A DNA stretch of 28,653 nucleotides, taken from NCBI GenBank assembly GCA_016840095.1, contig JAEOSZ010000106.1, positions 1-28,653 on the forward strand, written 5' to 3'. Origin of the DNA: Candidatus Heimdallarchaeota archaeon. Lineage in GTDB: Archaea; Asgardarchaeota; Heimdallarchaeia; Heimdallarchaeales; Heimdallarchaeaceae. The notes beneath the pieces were generated by a model that saw only the letters and a program-made list of their open reading frames with translations, was not told the origin of the DNA and did no database searches. This document shows positions 18,621 through 27,700 of this stretch, one piece after another; position 1 is the stretch's first letter; each line of letters opens with the position of its first letter. The translations under genes and the position numbers were made by a program.

Positions 18621-18718
18621 TAAATATTATAACCTTAACAGATAATAATACAATTGTATCTAAAATGCCGACATTATGATTCGGTATTTTCGGTTTCAAT
18701 ATTTCAAGATTAAGAGGT
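18621..18718 (+). promoter_or_regulatory. Putative top6B promoter/leader: TATA-like element, palindrome, hairpin and SD
   Basis: TAAATATTATAA 18621-18632; perfect palindrome ATACAATTGTAT 18648-18659; stem AAAATGCCGA/TCGGTATTTT 18662-18690; SD GAGGT 18714-18718, 7 nt before the GTG. Confidence 0.45.
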
Positions 18719-18725
18719 AACAAAC

Positions 18726-21700
18726 GTGTCTGAAACTTCAGTTACTAAAAAGATGTCTGCAGCTGCTTTTTTCAATGAAAACAGAGCAATAGCTGGCTTT
18801 GGAAATTCCATGCGTGCTGTATTTACAAGCATACGCGAATTAGTTGAAAATGGATTAGATGCTGCAGAAAAAAGAGGGATAAGTCCCAATATCACAGTTG
18901 AATTGAGAAAACTATCAAGTAGAGAAATAAATGAGCTTCTTGATGTTAAACAACATAAGAAGCTAGAAAAGCATTTAGATTTCTTACAATTGACATGTAA
19001 GGATAATGGGATTGGTGTTCCAGGAAACTTAATCGCTGAGCTCTTTGGTAGGGTTCTTACAGGTACAAAATATGGAGTTATTCAGACACGAGGAAGATTT
19101 GGATTAGGTGCAAAAATGTGCTTATTATATTCCATGTCTTCTGTTGATCTTCCAGCTAAAATCAGATCACGGTACTTCATGGATGACATTACACATGAAA
19201 TGCATTTGATGATAAATCTTGAGAAAAATGAACCAATTATCATGGAACAAAGAGAGTATCTCCCAGGTGATGAAAGTTATCTCGAGGAACCAGGTACAGA
19301 GATTTCTATAACTTTTACAGGAGCTTGGAATCTTGCTAAGAACAGCGTTCGAGAATATTTCAGACAATTAGCTATAATTACTCCTTATTCTTCTTTTGAT
19401 GTTAAAGTTCCAGGTGATAAGGAAGGGGAATTTGAAGAGTTTATTTTTGAGAGTGTTGTAGATGACATGCCTCCTCCTCCTCAAGTTGTTAAGATTCATC
19501 CCTATGGGTGTGATATCACCCAGTTCAAAGCGGAATTAGGTTCAAACAATGCCAAATCACTCAAACAATTCCTGGCAAATCAATTTATGGGAGTAACAGA
19601 AGAAATTGCTGAAGATTTTTTCCAATTGTTAGAAATAGATCCTAATAAACATCCAAAAGAACTTGATTCTAGAGAGATACGCAGAATTGTCCATGAAGGA
19701 TTTGTTAAAGCATACCAAGAAGCAAAAGATGTCAAACGAAAGCGTGATAGAGTATTCCAGTTTGATCCTCCAAAAGGAACAGCTCTTTCTCCATTAGGTG
19801 CAGGAAGACTGAAAAGAGGACTTGAAAAGGAATTAGTTCCTAAATTTACAGAAGCTATTTCAAGACCACCAAAAGCATATTCAGGTCATCCATTTGTTGT
19901 AGAAGCAGCGATAGGTTATGGTGGTGGAGTAACTGAAGCTTCTCAGCAAAGAGGAACTAATGTTCAAGATAATAAAATCATCTACAGATATGCAAATAGA
20001 ATACCTCTGATATTTGGTGCAGGGAATGATGTTATTTCCCATGTTGTTTCTTCAATCAGATGGAATGAGTATGGTTTAACAAGGCAATCTGATCCTCTAG
20101 CAATAACAGTTTCTGTTGTAAGTACAAAAATACCTTTTCCAGAAACAAGTAAAGAGTATATATCAATAGTTCCAGAGATTGAAGAAGAAATAAGACTTGC
20201 TCTACAACAATTGGGTAGAAGACTGAAAACATTTCTAAGTAGAGCAAAAAGACGGCGTCGAGAACATGCTAGATTATCACGGTTTGTTAAATCTGCTCCT
20301 GGTGTTGTTGAAAATCTTTCTCAAATAATTGAGGATGAAGGTATAGAAATTGCAGATTTCAGATTTGAGAAAAACAGAATAGCCTCTGCTTTGGCACATG
20401 GTGCTACTAAAAAAGCTAAGTTATTCATGCCTTTAGGTAAGAGACTCTTTGGACTTAACATTTGGTGTCCAGTATCTACTCAAAACATATTGAAAAGTAA
20501 AAACATCTTGACAGTGTCTGACTTTCTACTAACTCCTACTAAAGAGTTAACAACAATTATGTCACTTGATGAGGAAGCAGTATATAACATCAAATTAAGA
20601 ACAATCTATGAGTTAGATAGAGAAGGATTAAGTCCTCAGTTTGATGCAAAAATCTTTGTTTCTAGAGCTGTTGAGAGAAGGTTTGATAAGTCATCAATTT
20701 CATTAAAAGATGCTTTAAATCGAAGATGGATACAAAATAGTTATCATTATTTAGCCACTGAATTTGAGAAACTAAAGAATGTTACAGGGCTTTTAGAGAA
20801 ACTATTTGAAAACAAAAAGGATGAACTGATTAATCAACTTCTACTTTTGAATAGAAAAGATGATGGTTCAAAGAGCTATCCAAAATCAAAACATCCAACA
20901 GATACCTTAACTGCAAAAGGACAGCTGAAAATTGGTCATCTTTTCCCGTCATTTAAAGTCTTCAAAGCTCAATCAAATGAGATTCTTGCTGCTGATTTAA
21001 CAGTGGAAGAATTTATTTATCAAACATTACTTCCCGAAAAAATCAACTATCAACAAGAAATTACTTCAATACTAATTGATTACTTGAAAGAAGTTTTCAA
21101 TAAAATGATTGCCAAATTTCCAACTTTCTTAACAACCAACATAACAAAAATGACACCAGATTGGACAGATGGTTATACAAAAAATGCTTTCCACAGAAGA
21201 AAAATAAAAACGATTGAGAATTTCATCAATACTTCAACTGATGATCTTGTCCAAATCAAAGAAATGGAGCGAATAATATATTCATTGTTCCTTGAAAAAT
21301 TAGTTAAAGAATCTCCATCAATCAATCTAACAGCTTTTGAATTTATTGAAAGTGATACTCTTAAAAGTGCTGAAAAATCAGCAATCAATTTGTTAGCAAC
21401 TAAAGGTATCAAAACCTTAGCTCAATTACTATTTTATAGTGCTGAGCAAATTTATGATAAGAAACTGGAAAGCTTAGCAGAGTTATTAATGAATGAAACA
21501 AAATATACTATTTTATCCTCTCTGCAAGCAGCTGAAAAGGGATTAAACTCCAGTCATATTAAGATTATACCTAGTAGTATAGAAACTGAACTACACAGGA
21601 ATCAAATATTTAATTCATCAACTTTCCTTTCATACTCTTCCCCAGGTTTGAGAAAGATGGGTATGAAGAAAAGGGATGTTGATCAGATTAAAAAAGTACT

Positions 21701-24700
21701 CGGTACTCCATTACCTAACTGGTTGGGAGAACAAGAGATGTTCAGGGAATGTGGAATAATTGTATTAGAAGAGTTGTTCTCAAACTCACCTGATTCCTAT
21801 GCTATTTCTGCTGAGAAAAAGAAGAAATATTCTGAATTATCGAATTTTCTAAGAACACCAATTATATTCTCTTTCCCACAGCTTAGACGAGCTTCCTATT
21901 TATTAAAAGAAGTTGGAATAAATTGTATTGGAAGATTTCTCATCTGGTCTAATGAAGAATTAGCAGATATTTTAGGATACAAAGTCGAAGAAATCAAAAA
22001 AATGAAAGATAGTGTGTCTTTAGATGAAATCAACAAGAATAGAAAAGAACTAAGTAAACCATTAGCACAGCTGAAGACTCTCTTCCCCCGATTGAATGAT
22101 TACTTTGGAGGGACTAATGAAACACTACAAGATTTGTTCTATCTATATCCATCAGAGAAAGTTAATTTATCGCTAGGATTATGGAAGAAAATTAAGAATC
22201 TAAGTACTTTATCTCAACTTGAAATCATAGAACTTGCCCAACTATTTTCCAAGAAACCAAATCAGTTAGAAGATGCTAAAGATGCTCTTCTAAGATTGAA
22301 TGCGAGGAATATCATTACTATTAAACAATTTCTAGATCTTATACCAGAAATTTTAGAGTCTGAATTGTCATCTGCTGCTCATAGAAAAGTTATGATTGAA
22401 CTCTATTACATGATAAAGAATCGAGACTTTGAAGAAACAAATGAGTTCAGAAAACAAGTTTTATTGTTTAGTGAGTATGACGAGTTTGAACGAACCTTAA
22501 GCTTACCTATTTCAAGAATAGGGAATCTTTCTCTTCAAGAATATGAAGATTTACGTACTAAAGGAATAATAGCTGTTCACCAGTTATTTGAGTATTCTTC
22601 AAAGGAAATTGAAAAGATTCTCAACAAAACTGAAGAAGAAATCAATCAGATATTTACAGGATTCGAGATTGAACAAAAAGGTACTAGTTTCTTTGAAAGA
22701 GCAGAAAGGAATAGATTGAAGTCCTTAATATCATTCGAATATGAAGATTCTGAACGTTTTTCAGCTCTTGAAATTGAATCACTTGTTCTCGCAGGATATA
22801 ACTCTGTTGACAAAATATTCTTCCTATCTCATCCACTTACATTTTCTGCCTCAATTGTTCATTGGAATGTAATTGATAAATTTAGAAAACTACTACGATC
22901 ACCTCTTACTCTAGTAACTTGGGATAAAATTGTCAAAAAGAAAGTAATAGACGAGGAATCTGGTGAAGAAAAAGAAATCAAAGAAACAAAACTCTCTTCA
23001 CTTACAACTGAACAACTAAATGTACTTAGAGCTAATGGTATCTCTCGAATTATTGATTTACTCATTGTTAAAAAGGAAAAACTTGAAGGAATTTTAGGGA
23101 TAACTTCATCAGAAGCACTTCTCCTGCAAAGAAATCTAAGGATAAGTGATACCGGAACTGATCTTGCTGAACTTGATATATTCAAACCTCATATAGTTGA
23201 TAAACTTGAGGAATACAATATAGTAACAATTGAGGATCTATATTTCTCGACTTCTAAACGTGAGTGGAGAATTGCTGAACTACCCTGGAATATAATTGAA
23301 GCATTCAAACAAGTTCTGAATTTACCCTTGAAATACATCTCTGATATGCTAGATAAAGAATTGATTGAAACTTTGAAGAAAGTAGATATAACTACGCTAT
23401 TAGGATTTATGCTAATCTCTCCTGAGAATCTGATGGAAAAAACTGGAATTCCTGATGAGAGATTTGAAAATATTAAAAGAGGTCTTGCTTTAGCAGATAT
23501 TTTGGGAACATTCACACTTCCAAGTTATTATCTTCCTGCTATATCTTTTGAAAAGACAGAGATTTTGAGAGAAAATGAGATATTTACTATTGCTGATTTT
23601 ATCCTTACATCAACTCAGAAACTTACTAAATTACTAGAAATCCCTGCAAACGATATAAGTTCAGTGAAGAATTCCTTAAACGCTCAGAGTATCCAGGAAG
23701 CGTATGAGGATAAAGGTATTTTTGCATCAGAAACAAAGTTATTTGATAGACTAGAACAACGACAATTGAGTCGAGATTCTATAATTCAATTCGAGAGATT
23801 TCAAACTCTTCAGGAAATTTATTATGTTATTGAAGAAGAATTTTACGCACTTAATCCAGATTTATGGTCAAAGGTTTCAGCTGTTAAGAAAGTATTAGAA
23901 CTACCATTAAGAATCTTCACAGAAATATCAGAATATTCACTAGAGGTTTGGGAACAAAATAACATTAAGTATGTACATCAACTGCTCTTCTTACCTGATG
24001 AGGAAATAAAAGATCCTGTTCTTTACAGATCAATATCAACCTACTCTTCAAAAATGCTTGAGATGAGAGCATTTCATTATTTTGCAAAACTACCTTCATC
24101 TGTATATAATTCATCATTCTTCAGTAATATTGTTCAGAACTTCGAAGAAAAGACTCTTTCAGATGTTGTTACAGATACCAAAGTCTTAGATCATCTACTT
24201 TCAAAGGATGGTCAATACCTTAATGAAAATTATAACCTCACACTTATCCGTGCTCTCTTAGAGCTACCTGTAAGAATAACTCCATTTTTCAACAGAATAA
24301 AGAAAATAAGAAGAGAAGATTACAAGAATACCAAAATAGGTGATGTTTTTGATATAGATTTAGTGGAACATTCTGCTTTAGCTCCATTCTACAATAAACT
24401 ACAAGAAGTAGATTCATTCAATAACCTAATCATTGATTTAGCAGTACCTATTTCATCAATGGGCCTTCCAAGGGAGTTGGCATTGAAGCTTAGTAAATCA
24501 TCTATCAATACACTAATTGATTTCTTCTCTACACCTATTCAGACAATTTCTGAAATCACTGGATTACCACAAAGGTATATCAGAGAAATACAAGGAAACC
24601 TTGATTATTCACTGATACAATCCTTCAAGAAAGCACAAACACATCCAATTGTTGCTTCTGTTCTGATTACAGAGAAACAGATTGAATCATTAAAGAAGAG

Positions 24701-27700
24701 AGGAATCACAGATATTGAATCTCTCTACTATTCAGCTGAAACACAAAACATATCCTCTATTCTTTCCGTTGAAAATTATGCTAAGGTGAAAGAAATTCTA
24801 TCAGGATCAATAAGATTCATTGGTTTCTTAGCATCTGACGAGATAAAAAGACTAGAATTTTACAATATTAATTCTATTATTGATTTAGCTTTATTAGACA
24901 AGAAAGAACTGTTTCATATTACTCAAAATCCAATTTACAAAGAATTCCATGCATTAGATATACTTTCATTAGATGAAGTAGCTGAGAAAAGAGCAGAAAC
25001 AGCTTTATCACTTAATTTACTTCCTTCTATAGAAGCAGACTATTTAGAAAAACTCAAGCAATTGGGAATAAACTCTATTCAAGATTTCAATTCTAGAATG
25101 TCTGAAATAAGGGATTCTCATCCTCATTTGGTTAAGCTAGATGTATTCCGAGATGTTCAGTTATATCTCTCTTCTGTAGCATTTCTAGGATTGAGTAATC
25201 AACAGGTCCAGAAGCTTGTATACTCTGGTGTAGGAGATATGTTATCTTTCATTACTGAGGATGTATCTACAATTGCAATCATCTTAGATATAGATGAAAG
25301 CGAAGTAAGGAAATATCTAGATAAAATTAATCCAGAAAACCTATTAACTGAACTGGACAAGAAGGGAGTAAAACTTACAGAGTTTCCTGTACTTTCGAAA
25401 TCAACAGTAAACTACCTTTTGAAGTCTGATAAGCAATATGTTCAAGATGTTTATAGTCAGTACTATCAAGCTTTTACAATAGCTAATGTTTCTGATGAAG
25501 TTCTAAGAGATTTTCTAAACAGCTGTAATGTCTCTATTTATAGAATTAAAGAACTATCTCCAGAATCGAAAATAAAATTATCACAGATGGGAATACTAAG
25601 AGTAATAGATTTCTTGTGTTCAAATGATACCGAGCTGAAGAAAGCTTTAGGTGGGAAAATAACCAAAGAAATAACTAGAATTAGAACAGGTAACTTCACA
25701 CTAATCAGAGGTACAGCATTGCTTCTTAATGAACCCATTCTTAATATTTTAAGAGATCTATATTTTGATCCTTCAAAGAAAACAGTTGAAGATCTATTTG
25801 GTTTTGTACCAGAACATCTTCTACAATTTACCGAAACAGAACGAATAGAGAAAATAACAAATATCTCTTTTGTTGAACAACTTGTTAGTTTCTTAAGTTT
25901 GAGTACTCTCTCACTTGCTTATTTTGATTTAGAAACCAAAGCTGTTCTCTGGAAAATTGGAATAAAACATGTAATTGAACTAATTTCAACAAATGTACAA
26001 ACAATAGAAGATGCCCCAAAAAGCGTTATTAGAGCTATTAAAGAGTTTCAACGTGGTTTCAACCTGAGTCTAAAAATGTCAGAAACCTTCTCTCCATATA
26101 TCGAACAGCAGTTAAGTTTACCAAAAGATATTCAAAGTAAATTCAAGAATTATGGTTTAACCACTGCTTTATTCTTATTTGACTTTATGCATCATCCTTT
26201 GTTTGAATTAACAAACAAAGAAGAAAATCTACTTCAGAATGTTACTTCAAACTTGTTCAAACCCATTACTTGGCTGTATGAATATTCTGATTTCAAAATA
26301 GAAAGTATGTCGCTACTAGGATCCAAAGATGCGAATAACATTATCACAGCTTTGCTATTGTTAGCAGATGATTCAAAAACAAGTGAGACCAGGAATTTCT
26401 CAGATCAGTTCTTTAGGAAATTCATTGAAACTATCAATAAAAATATTCTCAAGATCAAACCTACTGAATGGTCGTTGAAACTTACAGATTTAAGTCTAAT
26501 AAAAGATCAAAAAATATTAAGAAAATTGAAATCTGCAAAGATTCAGTATCTAGATGAATTACTTGCTTTGGACAGCACAATTATTGAGGATCAAGCTATA
26601 TATGAAGAAATGCGACCAACTCTCTTCTCATTAAAGAATTTCAGCGTTGCTTCAATTGATGGACTATCAATATCCAATGTTCAGATGTTAAAAAGCAAGG
26701 GTGTGAGAAATGTATTTCAATTCCTTCAGATACCTGAAATCCATCTTTCAAAATACATGAACATTAGTACTGAAAAAGTCAAGCAAATCAAAGTTAAGGT
26801 AGATCTAGAGGTTTTAGAAGCAAATGCTAAGTTAGTTGGCTTAGATATTCAACTAATTGGAAAACTTTCTGATAAGATTAAAAAAGTGTTAAAGGATCAT
26901 GGGTGTGTTTCCTTAACCCAAGCTGCTCATCTTCAAATTGATGAGTTACCTCTAACTGCTGAAGAAAAACAAAGTGTTAGAGAACTAGTTTCAATTTTGC
27001 ATACTCCTATAACCTTAATTGGTAAGGTTTTGAAATTAAGCAGAAAGAATATCGACTTATTAGTTCAGGAAAAAATATTTACTTACACAGATCTTCTAGA
27101 GATTCCTCAAGAAAAATGGCATTCAAGCCTCCAGAAACTTATTACAAACCAAAAATCAGATCCAACATATCTCATAAAACAATTATATGGCATTCAGAAG
27201 TTTGGTCTTTCTATAGACGAACTAAACTTTACAAAATCAGTAAAAGCATCATTACTTCAAGCAGGTTTAACGACTGTAGATCACCTCCTTTTTGTTCCAG
27301 ATTCATATATAACATCCAAAGGTAAGATGAAAACAGCTGAACTTCTTGAATTAAGAGATGGATTAGGAAAAAGTGTTAGTGTATTACCAAATCTGACTGA
27401 AGAAACAATAAAATATTGTTTAACAAACAATTTCCAGATTATTGAAGATTTACTGATTTACTTTAAGGATCATCCTAAGAAAATGCGTGAAGAAATTATA
27501 CCATCTCTCAGTACAATCAAAACACTTTCAGAAATTGGTTTCGAAGGATCTCTTTCTGAAACAGAACAAGATTTACAAAAACGAGGTTATTATTCCTACA
27601 CGTCCTTACTTACATCATCTGGTTTCAAGGACGATAGTGAGTTATTCTCCCAATATGCTCCATACTTGTTGGCAAACTTAAGATTCTTGGAAATAGACCC

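Noticed and set aside
18710-27681. Short ORFs listed in the track across the right-hand 10 kb (18710, 19167, 20056, 21173, 22859, 23189, 25538 on minus; 27116, 27487 on plus)
   Set aside because: They are antisense or out-of-frame shadows of the giant top6B frame; the region only looks gene-poor because that ORF has no stop inside the window.
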